From: a virus
DNA: 64,000 nt
Virus record (IMG/VR): IMGVR_UViG_3300044856_000216
Location: 1-64,000 of that record
Direction: 5' to 3' (one strand)
Shown here: positions 54,837 through 62,625 of the stretch, piece by piece
Layout of the letters: the number at the start of each line of letters is the position of its first letter
How positions within the stretch are numbered: position 1 is the stretch's first letter
The notes under the pieces: generated by a model
Told to the model about the DNA's origin: nothing
Seen by the model: only the letters and a program-made list of their open reading frames with translations
Database searches by the model: none
Made by a program: the position numbers and the translations under genes

Positions 54837-55343
54837 TTATTCTTCACTCAAAATCTCTTTAGGACAGTAAATAATCTTCTTACCTGCTTTCTGTGCTTTA
54901 CGAATTGTTGACCAAACACCACCTGATTTATTCCCATCCCAAATTGCAAGAAGTACATCGCAATGGTCAACCATATATTGATCTCTTACATTGTCACATC
55001 CTTTATAGAATTCATCTGATAATTCAACCCATTCGTCTGCTTCATCCTTAATAAAACGATAATACTTATTTGAAGAGTTATAGTTTTTGCAGGGTAATAT
55101 ACAATGTAACTTTAAATTCTTTGTTCCATTTTTAATAACAGACACAACAAAGCCAAAACTAATATCACAACCAGAAGCCATTCCACAATATTCGTCAACA
55201 TATGTATTACTCAATATTGCAACTTCTGTCATTTTTGTAATTTGTTCAGTTAGCCAATTAGTAATTTTGCTCCACTTTTCATCCGTCTCATCTTCTGGTA
55301 ATCCTAATCTCTGAGGTCTATGACCTGTTAATGCTACCTTCAT
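54837..55343 (-). CDS. SLOG-superfamily YpsA/DUF1273-like protein (paralog 2)
   Basis: MKVALTGHRPQRLG and GMASGCDISF. Its termini are near-identical at the DNA level to those of 12510..13013. Confidence 0.5.
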   Translation of the reverse strand: MKVALTGHRPQRLGLPEDETDEKWSKITNWLTEQITKMTEVAILSNTYVDEYCGMASGCDISFGFVVSVIKNGTKNLKLHCILPCKNYNSSNKYYRFIKDEADEWVELSDEFYKGCDNVRDQYMVDHCDVLLAIWDGNKSGGVWSTIRKAQKAGKKIIYCPKEILSEE

Positions 55344-55386
55344 ATATTTTATTCTCCTTATCTAAAAACAAGAAATGCGAGTTTTA

Positions 55387-55629
55387 TCAAGTTAATACAA
55401 ACTCCATATCATATCTCCCAACTATTTTAATTTCAAAATATTTATTACCTTCTGTATATCCTGAAATAATTAGTTTATTTTTATCACAAGGAATATCTTC
55501 TATAATTTTCCCATACTTTTCTTTATAATGATGTAGTTGCTCAGATATGACATTTACATTATTAGGCTTTAATATCTGGATAGATTCTACACTTTTAATA
55601 ATTAATGAATTGTCCATATTTTTATTCAC
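55387..55629 (-). CDS. Hypothetical protein
   Basis: Co-oriented ORF. No family recognised. Confidence 0.4.
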   Translation of the reverse strand: MNKNMDNSLIIKSVESIQILKPNNVNVISEQLHHYKEKYGKIIEDIPCDKNKLIISGYTEGNKYFEIKIVGRYDMEFVLT

Positions 55630-55638
55630 CTCACTAAA

Positions 55639-56370
55639 TTATTCTCCAACTACAAACAACTTTTCTACTGCTTTTTCACCTGTTACTCTATCCGACTTTT
55701 GTAACACTTTACGTTCTTTCTTCCAGATACACTTAAAATCATCAGGCATATTATATTCACTTACCAACACTATATTGCTCTCTGAAAGTTTACGAAGAAA
55801 ATCGTAAAAAGAATCATAGTCAATTGACTGTTTAGAATACTGTTTTGTATTTTTGTAAGGTGGATCAAAATAAAATACGCAATTTTTATAATCTGAGAAA
55901 TTTTGATAATCGCAGCACGTTATTTCAATATCTTTTAATAATGGAGAATCTTCTTTCAAATTTTTGACTCTTTCCTGATAGATATTACGCTTACCAGTTT
56001 TATCCTTACCCCAACCGCCATCGAAGTATCTGCCACCATACGAACCACAATATCCAATTAATGCTGTATACTCCTTGGAGTATTTGCCAGTTCCTAATTT
56101 TCTATTCTCTCTTACTTCTGCATAATGTTCAAAATTACAATCTGGTGGTGCAATAGAAAGCGTTGAATCAGATTTTACATACTGTAACAATGCTATCAAT
56201 TCATCATTTACATCTGCTGCAATTCTGTTATCACATTGAATTTTTTCAATAATCGAACAACTACCACACATAGGTTCTATGTAAGTTTTAATATGATTAT
56301 CATCAATATACTTCTGAATAATCGGCACTAAAAATTTTGCCAACCTGTTTTTACTTCCTTGATATACCAT
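55639..56370 (-). CDS. dam: Dam-type (D12 class) N6-adenine DNA methyltransferase
   Basis: N-terminal YQGSKNRL, EPMCGSCS (AdoMet site) and DPPY motif IV. Confidence 0.75.
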   Translation of the reverse strand: MVYQGSKNRLAKFLVPIIQKYIDDNHIKTYIEPMCGSCSIIEKIQCDNRIAADVNDELIALLQYVKSDSTLSIAPPDCNFEHYAEVRENRKLGTGKYSKEYTALIGYCGSYGGRYFDGGWGKDKTGKRNIYQERVKNLKEDSPLLKDIEITCCDYQNFSDYKNCVFYFDPPYKNTKQYSKQSIDYDSFYDFLRKLSESNIVLVSEYNMPDDFKCIWKKERKVLQKSDRVTGEKAVEKLFVVGE

Positions 56371-56428
56371 TTAATTACTTGGAGTAAGGAATTCCTTCTT
56401 GTGCGCACAAACCTCGTCTCCTTTCATT

Positions 56429-56626
56429 TTATTTGAATTCTATTTTATTTCTCTTTAATACCTTAACCGCCTTATCATAATCAGTCTCCGCTATTTTAAT
56501 GCTTTTCATCTTAACCGGTTTTGGTTTAATCCAATCACGACATTTTGTAATATCTTCGTCATACCACATCAAACCGCTTTCACAATATTTGTGCCATTGA
56601 CAGTCATTATTGCCACAGTTGCTCAT
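56429..56626 (-). CDS. Hypothetical protein
   Basis: AGGAGAATACATAA lies before the ATG. Confidence 0.4.
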   Translation of the reverse strand: MSNCGNNDCQWHKYCESGLMWYDEDITKCRDWIKPKPVKMKSIKIAETDYDKAVKVLKRNKIEFK

Positions 56627-56638
56627 TTATGTATTCTC

Positions 56639-57049
56639 CTAATCAGTTAATATGAAATGTATATACTGACCAATATGCTCCTTCAGTTCTGTTTCTAAAT
56701 CATGACCACCAATAATCAAGTTATCAATATTAAATCCAGTAATAGTCCATTCTGAATACTCTACATAATGTCCTTGTGTTAATAAATTTCCTGTAAGTAT
56801 ATAACTGTCAAAGTTCATCTGTGCTTCTTCTAAAGTACATTTTTCATCAGAGAACCAACAACGTAGATTCGCATTTGGAATCGTGGTGATTTTCTCGCCA
56901 AGTCCTCTGTTTAGTTTTGTACAATTGAAATAATCCATAATAGATTCTGCTATTGATTCATAGTAATCATTAATTTCTTCAGCTAATCCTAAATTGCCTT
57001 CGCTATTGCGTCCTATCCAACCTTGTAATATTAATTCCATTTCGTTCAC
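56639..57049 (-). CDS. Hypothetical protein
   Basis: Co-oriented ORF. No family recognised. Confidence 0.5.
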   Translation of the reverse strand: MNEMELILQGWIGRNSEGNLGLAEEINDYYESIAESIMDYFNCTKLNRGLGEKITTIPNANLRCWFSDEKCTLEEAQMNFDSYILTGNLLTQGHYVEYSEWTITGFNIDNLIIGGHDLETELKEHIGQYIHFILTD

Positions 57050-57066
57050 CTCTCTGTATTATTCTC

Positions 57067-57267
57067 TTATTTGTGATAGGCTACATCAATATGTTCCATA
57101 CACCATTTCCAATATGGAATTACTTTAACACCACCAGCTTCGTTCCAATCTTTCTTTAACTGCGTTTGTGTATCTTTATCTAAGCAGGAAGCTAAATACA
57201 AAGAACACTCCATTGGTGCTGTTTTTCTGTATTCTTCACTAAAATCTTCTAAATTTAGATTCGCCAT
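57067..57267 (-). CDS. Hypothetical protein
   Basis: TAGGAGGTAGAA lies before ATG 57267. Confidence 0.45.
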   Translation of the reverse strand: MANLNLEDFSEEYRKTAPMECSLYLASCLDKDTQTQLKKDWNEAGGVKVIPYWKWCMEHIDVAYHK

Positions 57268-57343
57268 TTCTACCTCCTAAACCACCAAGAAAATTCAATT
57301 TCATAATATATTTATAATTATATATATCGTAATTTCTTGATTC

Positions 57344-57386
57344 ATACCACAACATATAGCACGCAAATTACCATATGTTGTGGTAT
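57344..57386. terminator. Perfect 14-bp-stem hairpin (ATACCACAACATAT - 15 nt - ATATGTTGTGGTAT)
   Basis: Lies 23 nt past the stop of 57409..57903. The T-rich run is on the plus-strand side only, so terminator function on the minus strand is uncertain. Confidence 0.4.
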
Positions 57387-57408
57387 TTATTATTTAATTG
57401 TTAATAGG

Positions 57409-57903
57409 TCAAAACCCAAATCTCGTAATATTAGTATCATCTGACCAACAGCCAAATGTACTATTATCACCGTAAGCTTTAACGCTTACTGTAGCTCCGT
57501 CCATACCATCTGTGATGAAATCATCAGTGTAATTAGTAGAGTAAAATGATGTATGTGTTGTATCAAATTCTTTGTAAGTTCCATCGGCTTTTGTGATACG
57601 CACCTTATAGGTTGTTGCGTTTTCGACCTCTGACCATTTGACTGCTACGTGACTGTAATGAAAATACCTTGATGCACTCTTGTAGTAAGATGCATATTTC
57701 ACCACCGGAGTAGCGAGGACGCATTTCTCGAGCCAATTTTTTACAGCATTGTTAATAGCATCTTCTAAAGCACCATCAGGCTGAAAGTTGATATCTGGGA
57801 TTTTAACAGATGGCGGATTAAGTGGTGGTGTGCAGGCATATGCTGGGATAGTAGAACCTACAATCATCATGGTTACAATTAAAGTACTTACTAATTTTTT
57901 CAT
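57409..57903 (-). CDS. Secreted protein, possible Fn3-like domain
   Basis: Signal peptide MKKLVSTLIVTMMIVGSTIPAYA. The segment ATTYKVRITKADGTYKEFDT is beta-rich. Confidence 0.45.
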   Translation of the reverse strand: MKKLVSTLIVTMMIVGSTIPAYACTPPLNPPSVKIPDINFQPDGALEDAINNAVKNWLEKCVLATPVVKYASYYKSASRYFHYSHVAVKWSEVENATTYKVRITKADGTYKEFDTTHTSFYSTNYTDDFITDGMDGATVSVKAYGDNSTFGCWSDDTNITRFGF

Positions 57904-58033
57904 ATTTTTTAATTCCTTTCTTTATTAGCATGTTTATATTGTTTTTATATAATAAGTGATCACCTATATTTATATTATTCTCTGATTTATTTAGATTTCT
58001 CATCATATCCAGTCTCTTCAAGGAATTTATCAA

Positions 58034-58322
58034 ATTCCTCTTTTGTCATATTGTTTGGATAATACATATCCATCACCATATCAAATGGCTGCAAATAATT
58101 ATCTAACACATTTCAAAAACTTCACCTCTTTTCATATTAAGAGTACATTCATTTCTGTACTCTATGAGAGCATCCTTATTCCTCATCATTACATGTTAGG
58201 ATCGAGGTTTGTTCCAAGGCATTATATTCTCAAATAAGTTTCAGCCTATACGCTCATCGGTTGACTGACTTGTTAGTTTCAGCCTTCACCTTTACCTTTT
58301 CACCATCTCAGGATTCATTGGT
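58034..58322 (-). ncRNA. Non-coding tract 3' of the TnpB-like gene; candidate omega/reRNA scaffold
   Basis: 289 nt without a credible ORF. Contains GGCUGAAAC twice and an 8-bp hairpin (AGAGUACA-8nt-UGUACUCU). TnpB guide RNAs are normally encoded at and after the 3' end of tnpB. Confidence 0.3.
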
Positions 58323-59552
58323 TTATTTAACCGTTTGTAGTGGTATATTTACGACTACTGGATGTGAACCTGCATCCACTATCCCATTGACGAAAGCCTT
58401 TGGGAATACCTTTTTCATTATCTGATAACTACCATTTACGTCTGCATTAATATATTTTCCCTTCTCACTCTGAAACAAACCTCTGTGAATTCTTCTGTCT
58501 TTATTGTAATTTTTCTCAATTGGTTCTTCACCATCAAGAAAAGATGTACCACTTGTATAACTTTCATTTGTTTTAATAAATTTAATTCCTTCATTCTCGC
58601 ATTTATATTCAAGCCTTTGTACAATACTTAAATATGGAATAGATACAAATTTCTGATTAACTCTTTTGCCCATATTGGTATCTTGTTTCCAGCCTGAATT
58701 ATAACCACAAACTAAAGTATCAATATTATTACACTTACAAAAATTTACCACCATCTTTGTTGATTTCTGAATATAGTCATCTACTTGATTATTTCTTTTA
58801 GTTGTAAATCTTTGCATCTCATTTGACCAATCACTATCATTTCTCAGCTTTAATGCAGATCTCATTTCTGAAATTTTCTTATTATAATACTGATTAATTG
58901 ACTTTAATGGTTTTCCATTTATTATAATTGGACTCACGTCACAGTTTGTTGTAATAGTCATTAAATTATCAACACCTAAGTCAATCGCAGCAATTCTCTC
59001 TGATACTATATTCTCTGTTTCAGGAACTTCTATTTTATATACTATCTCCATAACATAATAATCGGCTTTGGGAACAAATCTACATTGCATCAGTTTACCT
59101 TCAGCATGAGTATTCACTGTATAACCACCAAAAGGTTTAAATGCAATTCTGAATTGTCTATCATTTAATGAGCACTGTATATTCTTCAGCATAAAAACCT
59201 GTCTGCCGTCCTTCGGTAAATACTTAGGTAATTTTGGCATTCCTAAATACTTTGATGGATTTTTCTTCCAATCTTTTATTGCAACAAAATAGCCTTTCCA
59301 CATTTTATCTACAAGCTGTATTGTTTTCTGTGCTGCTTGCGAACCACATTCCTTATAGCAATCCATTGACTGCATAAGTTTTTGGACATCATAAGCACCT
59401 ATTTTATTTTTATTATTAATGAATTCTTGTCTAATAATATAATTTGCTTGATTATATACATTCTTTGAATAGAAACAATACTGGTCTACAATTTTATATA
59501 TAGGATTATTTCTTTTAATTATTTGCTGTTCAACACGATTAACTTTTTTCAT
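58323..59552 (-). CDS. tnpB: TnpB-like (IS200/IS605 OrfB-type) RuvC nuclease, 409 aa, no zinc finger
   Basis: RuvC-I is IAAIDLGVDNLMT. Central block VCGYNSGWKQDTNMGKRVNQKF. The tail is NESYTSGTSFLDGEEP...RGLFQSEKGKYINADVNGSYQIMKK (RuvC-III D). CxxC...CxxC is absent. AAGGAAA SD before ATG 59552. Confidence 0.8.
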   Translation of the reverse strand: MKKVNRVEQQIIKRNNPIYKIVDQYCFYSKNVYNQANYIIRQEFINNKNKIGAYDVQKLMQSMDCYKECGSQAAQKTIQLVDKMWKGYFVAIKDWKKNPSKYLGMPKLPKYLPKDGRQVFMLKNIQCSLNDRQFRIAFKPFGGYTVNTHAEGKLMQCRFVPKADYYVMEIVYKIEVPETENIVSERIAAIDLGVDNLMTITTNCDVSPIIINGKPLKSINQYYNKKISEMRSALKLRNDSDWSNEMQRFTTKRNNQVDDYIQKSTKMVVNFCKCNNIDTLVCGYNSGWKQDTNMGKRVNQKFVSIPYLSIVQRLEYKCENEGIKFIKTNESYTSGTSFLDGEEPIEKNYNKDRRIHRGLFQSEKGKYINADVNGSYQIMKKVFPKAFVNGIVDAGSHPVVVNIPLQTVK

Positions 59553-59560
59553 TTAGTTTC

Positions 59561-59729
59561 CTTTATTTATTATTTTAAAAATTACATAGCTCTAAAACTA
59601 CTATTATTAATATGATTGTTGCTATAAGGGTTTATTACTAATTAAAATTACATAGCTCTAAAACCAAGTGATAATGCTGTAGCAACTCTGTTGGGTTTAT
59701 TACTAATTAAAATTACATAGCTCTAAAAC
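59561..59729 (-). CRISPR. Mini-CRISPR array: 3 repeats (35 nt; gene-proximal one degenerate) and 2 spacers (31 and 30 nt)
   Basis: Minus-strand repeat GTTTTAGAGCTATGTAATTTTAATTAGTAATAAAC occupies 59729-59695 and 59664-59630. The third copy (59598-59561) keeps only the first 21 nt. Spacers in crRNA sense: CCAACAGAGTTGCTACAGCATTATCACTTG and CCTTATAGCAACAATCATATTAATAATAGTA. Confidence 0.75.
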
Positions 59730-59750
59730 CTCAAATATGTATTCGTAATT

Positions 59751-59779
59751 TATATAGTTTCTTGAAGTTTTACGTTCAA
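59751..59779 (-). promoter_or_regulatory. Sigma-70-like promoter reading into the array and tnpB
   Basis: Minus strand reads TTGAAC - 17 nt - TATATA, ending ~22 nt upstream of the first repeat. Confidence 0.5.
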
Positions 59780-59880
59780 TGGACAAAACCCACGCCCACT
59801 ATCCAATTGATTTCTCTTTTGGAATACTTGCTACAGGATAAACATTTATCTATCCTGTATTTATATATTCTCTCTTTCAA

Positions 59881-60030
59881 TTACATCATCGTTGCAATTT
59901 CAGATATACTCATTATGAACCAACATAAAGCCATTACAGACCATGTAAATTTTTGCATCTTTTCTTTTACAGAAACAGCGTTTGCAATGCTCAAAATAAC
60001 TAATGCAATGTGCATTATCAGTAAAATCAC
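59881..60030 (-). CDS. Small two-TM membrane protein (49 aa, GTG start)
   Basis: TTAGGAGGTGAGACA before GTG 60030. VILLIMHIALVILSIANAV...WSVMALCWFIMSISEIA. The longer track ORF has no SD. Confidence 0.45.
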   Translation of the reverse strand: MILLIMHIALVILSIANAVSVKEKMQKFTWSVMALCWFIMSISEIATMM

Positions 60031-60087
60031 TGTCTCACCTCCTAAATTTTTCAGAAGAAATTCCGCTTTCTTTCGGTCTTGATTTTT

Positions 60088-60135
60088 ATACAATATATAG
60101 TATTTGTTGTAATTATTTAATACTATATATTGTAT
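60088..60135. repeat. Perfect 16-bp inverted repeat (ATACAATATATAGTAT - 16 nt - ATACTATATATTGTAT)
   Basis: Exact reverse complements. Shares the ACTATATAT core with the palindromes at 37073-37117. Confidence 0.6.
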
Positions 60136-60177
60136 ATGCTATTTTGTTTTCAACTACTTATTGTATTATTCTCCATT

Positions 60178-60345
60178 TTATTTTCTAACCACATATAAAT
60201 AACTAAATCCACCAGCATTACCTACAGGCTGTGCTAATAAACACATTGCTACATGGTCTGAATCATATACCCTATTACCCTGGCGAAATTGCTTTCCAAA
60301 ATTTATCTCACCAATACCTCCAACTAACTGTGGCTTATCACCACA
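60178..60345 (-). pseudogene. Fragment of a second C5-cytosine methyltransferase (TRD / motif IX region), no start codon
   Basis: The frame is open without an initiator: CGDKPQLVGGIGEINFGKQFRQGNRVYDSDHVAMCLLAQPVGNAGGFSYLYVVRK-stop. QGNRVY..dg...tl.a..gg is the conserved pre-motif-X block of Dcm enzymes. Confidence 0.5.
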
Positions 60346-60353
60346 AGCAGAAC

Positions 60354-61859
60354 TTAATCCACTTGTGGCTGATGAAAATTTGCCATCTTCTCATCTGTAC
60401 AAATATATGTATTGTCATACTGAGCCTTATATAAATGCTCAATCAACAAAGAGATGCAAGTTGTCACTATACTGTTACCGCTTTGTTTATATCCCTGGGT
60501 ATCAGACATTCCAACTGCTTTACAGTTCTCATAATCAATATCATCGAATCCCATGAGCCTGTGGCACTCTTTTGGTGTGAGCTTTCTCACAACTCTTAAA
60601 TTGTCTCTATCTTCTTCGACCATTTGTTGCCGATTTCCTCCCTGGCATGTTGTTATTGTTGGAGAAATATAATCTTTGTCCCAAACATTTCCTGCGAATC
60701 CAGTTCCTTTATTTTCACCATAAATATTAAAAAGTCTTTTTATATTATTTGAATCTGCAAGAATCTGTTTTGGCTGTTTATAATCAGTTGCCACTAAAGT
60801 ACCCATTACTGAATCCTGCTGATAAACTAAATCTCTCTGACCGATAGTTCTGAATTCAGGTTTTGTAGTGCCAACAATATTTTTTTTAAATTTTGGATCT
60901 GTTATCTGAAGTCTTTTCTGTACTTCATCAGATAAGAAATATTTCGCCAAAACACTGCTATCTGTTTCTAATAAATCCTTTAATCTGATTCCTGTGTCAA
61001 AAGGCTGTGGAAATTCAAAAGACTTGGTATCAATATCCTTACGAATAGAGATACAGAAGATTCTATTACGATTCTGTGGAACACCTGTGTTCTTTGCATT
61101 GATTGTCTGATAATATGAGTTATATCCCAAGTTATCAAGCCGAATCAGCCAATCCTTAAAACTGTCAATATACTTCTTTGATACAAGAGCATCTACATTC
61201 TCCATAAGCAAATACTTTGGCAATGTGTTATTCTCTTTTGCTTTTACAAGAAGTCTCTCAACTTCATACAATAAACCTGAACGAGTTGATTTAATGTTGT
61301 GACTGCCACAATTAGGGCAAGTATAACGAGTATCTACATCTAATTCTGATGGATCATATTCACAACCACAATCATGACATGTCCACTTTAATCCTTCCTG
61401 TTTACCGGCGATTGACAAATCTGTGCATGGAGTCGAGTATGTAAGTAAATCACTATATGGCAGTGACTCAATCTGCATCATATCGCCAAGATTATGTGAA
61501 ATATGGTCTGCTAACCAATATTTCTCAATACCTTTTGTCTTGTTCTTCTTTCGTGAAAGTTTTTCCCAATCATACGGAACATCTTTTTTAAAATCATATC
61601 CAAGTCTCTTATCTGTAAGCTGTCTTACCATTTCTTCTTTGCTTGGATAATCTTCATAGTTTTCAATCATCTCATTAGTCAAACCACAATGCATTGCAGC
61701 ATAACTAACTACTACTTCTTTGTCTAAATCTGCTGTTGCAATCATATTTGCATTAAATAGATGAGTATTATCAATTCCCTTCATCTGCGCACCAATACCA
61801 CTACAAAGCTCAATTACACTTAACTCACAATAATTATTTTTTTCTTTATTCTCTGTCAA
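60354..61859 (-). CDS. dcm: DNA (cytosine-5) methyltransferase with a zinc-ribbon insertion
   Basis: Motif I ELCSGIG, motif IV STPCTDLS, motif VI LMENV, motif VIII QNRNRIF and motif X SGNSIV. CHDCGC...CPNCGS is inserted between motifs IV and VI. TTG start. Confidence 0.85.
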   Translation of the reverse strand: MTENKEKNNYCELSVIELCSGIGAQMKGIDNTHLFNANMIATADLDKEVVVSYAAMHCGLTNEMIENYEDYPSKEEMVRQLTDKRLGYDFKKDVPYDWEKLSRKKNKTKGIEKYWLADHISHNLGDMMQIESLPYSDLLTYSTPCTDLSIAGKQEGLKWTCHDCGCEYDPSELDVDTRYTCPNCGSHNIKSTRSGLLYEVERLLVKAKENNTLPKYLLMENVDALVSKKYIDSFKDWLIRLDNLGYNSYYQTINAKNTGVPQNRNRIFCISIRKDIDTKSFEFPQPFDTGIRLKDLLETDSSVLAKYFLSDEVQKRLQITDPKFKKNIVGTTKPEFRTIGQRDLVYQQDSVMGTLVATDYKQPKQILADSNNIKRLFNIYGENKGTGFAGNVWDKDYISPTITTCQGGNRQQMVEEDRDNLRVVRKLTPKECHRLMGFDDIDYENCKAVGMSDTQGYKQSGNSIVTTCISLLIEHLYKAQYDNTYICTDEKMANFHQPQVD

Positions 61860-62048
61860 AATCCTTTAATCTACAGAGATTGCGCAATCATTTTTACCTA
61901 GGAGTTACTGTTAAATCCTTTCTTCTTACTTATTTTGTTGTAAAATTCTATGGAATTAACACGTCTGCTAAAACCATAGGAAAAAAATATTTCTTGTTAC
62001 TTTTTTGGAAAATTTGGCTGATCAGCCTTTGAATAGAAAAGTTTGATA

Positions 62049-62315
62049 TTACAATTTGATTATTTCATTAAAGCAGTTATCCTTTAGAATCCCTTCAATT
62101 TTCCCAATAATATCCCACTCTGCAATATCTCCTTTATTGGAATATGTATAAACATTTGTTTTATTAATTCTAATATCATACCAAAAAGAGTTATCACAAC
62201 TATGATCAATATAATATCCTTCTATAATTCCCAACAACAAACAATCTTCTGTTTTAAAAATAACTACATCACCAACATCATATTCACTTGTATATTCTTC
62301 AATAATTTTTCCCAT
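62049..62315 (-). CDS. Hypothetical protein
   Basis: Co-oriented ORF. No family recognised. Confidence 0.45.
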   Translation of the reverse strand: MGKIIEEYTSEYDVGDVVIFKTEDCLLLGIIEGYYIDHSCDNSFWYDIRINKTNVYTYSNKGDIAEWDIIGKIEGILKDNCFNEIIKL

Positions 62316-62328
62316 AATTTTCGCCTTT

Positions 62329-62625
62329 CTATATTAGATTATTCTCTACTTGAAATTTCTTTAATTCATCTTGAATCATCTTCTGTATATCTTCTTCGTT
62401 AAAAGACATGTTTACTACTGGAACGACATTTGCATTCAAATTAACATCACCAACAATAGCCTTATCAAACGCTTCTAAAAACATTTCTGCGAATTCCTTT
62501 TCATAAAAACCACACATTCCATCACAGTTAATATCTGCAATTACTCTTGAAAAGAAATCTTTGAACTTATCAGCGATAAAATCTCTTTCATATCCTTTTG
62601 GAATATCAATTGTTAATTTCACCAT
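62329..62625 (-). CDS. Hypothetical protein
   Basis: Co-oriented ORF. No family recognised. Confidence 0.45.
   Translation of the reverse strand: MVKLTIDIPKGYERDFIADKFKDFFSRVIADINCDGMCGFYEKEFAEMFLEAFDKAIVGDVNLNANVVPVVNMSFNEEDIQKMIQDELKKFQVENNLI

Noticed and set aside
58238-58260. Hammerhead-ribozyme-like string CCGAUGAGCGUAUAGGCUGAAAC downstream of tnpB
   Set aside because: It lacks the CUGAUGA core (it has CGAUGAG). There is an extra U before GAAA. No convincing stems I or III or cleavage-site context could be drawn.
59826-59833. tracrRNA-like TAGCAAGT (minus strand) in the array leader, reminiscent of the ..UAGCAAGUUAAAAU anti-repeat of type II-A tracrRNAs
   Set aside because: The flanking bases do not pair with the repeat. 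Only about 4-6 bp around GCUA pair, and there is no UAAAAU partner for GUUUUA. The 8-nt match is probably chance.
62014-62025. Palindrome GGCTGATCAGCC downstream of 62049..62315 as a terminator or operator
   Set aside because: It would give only a 4-bp stem with a 4-nt loop and a weak U tract. It occurs once. This is not enough to support a call.
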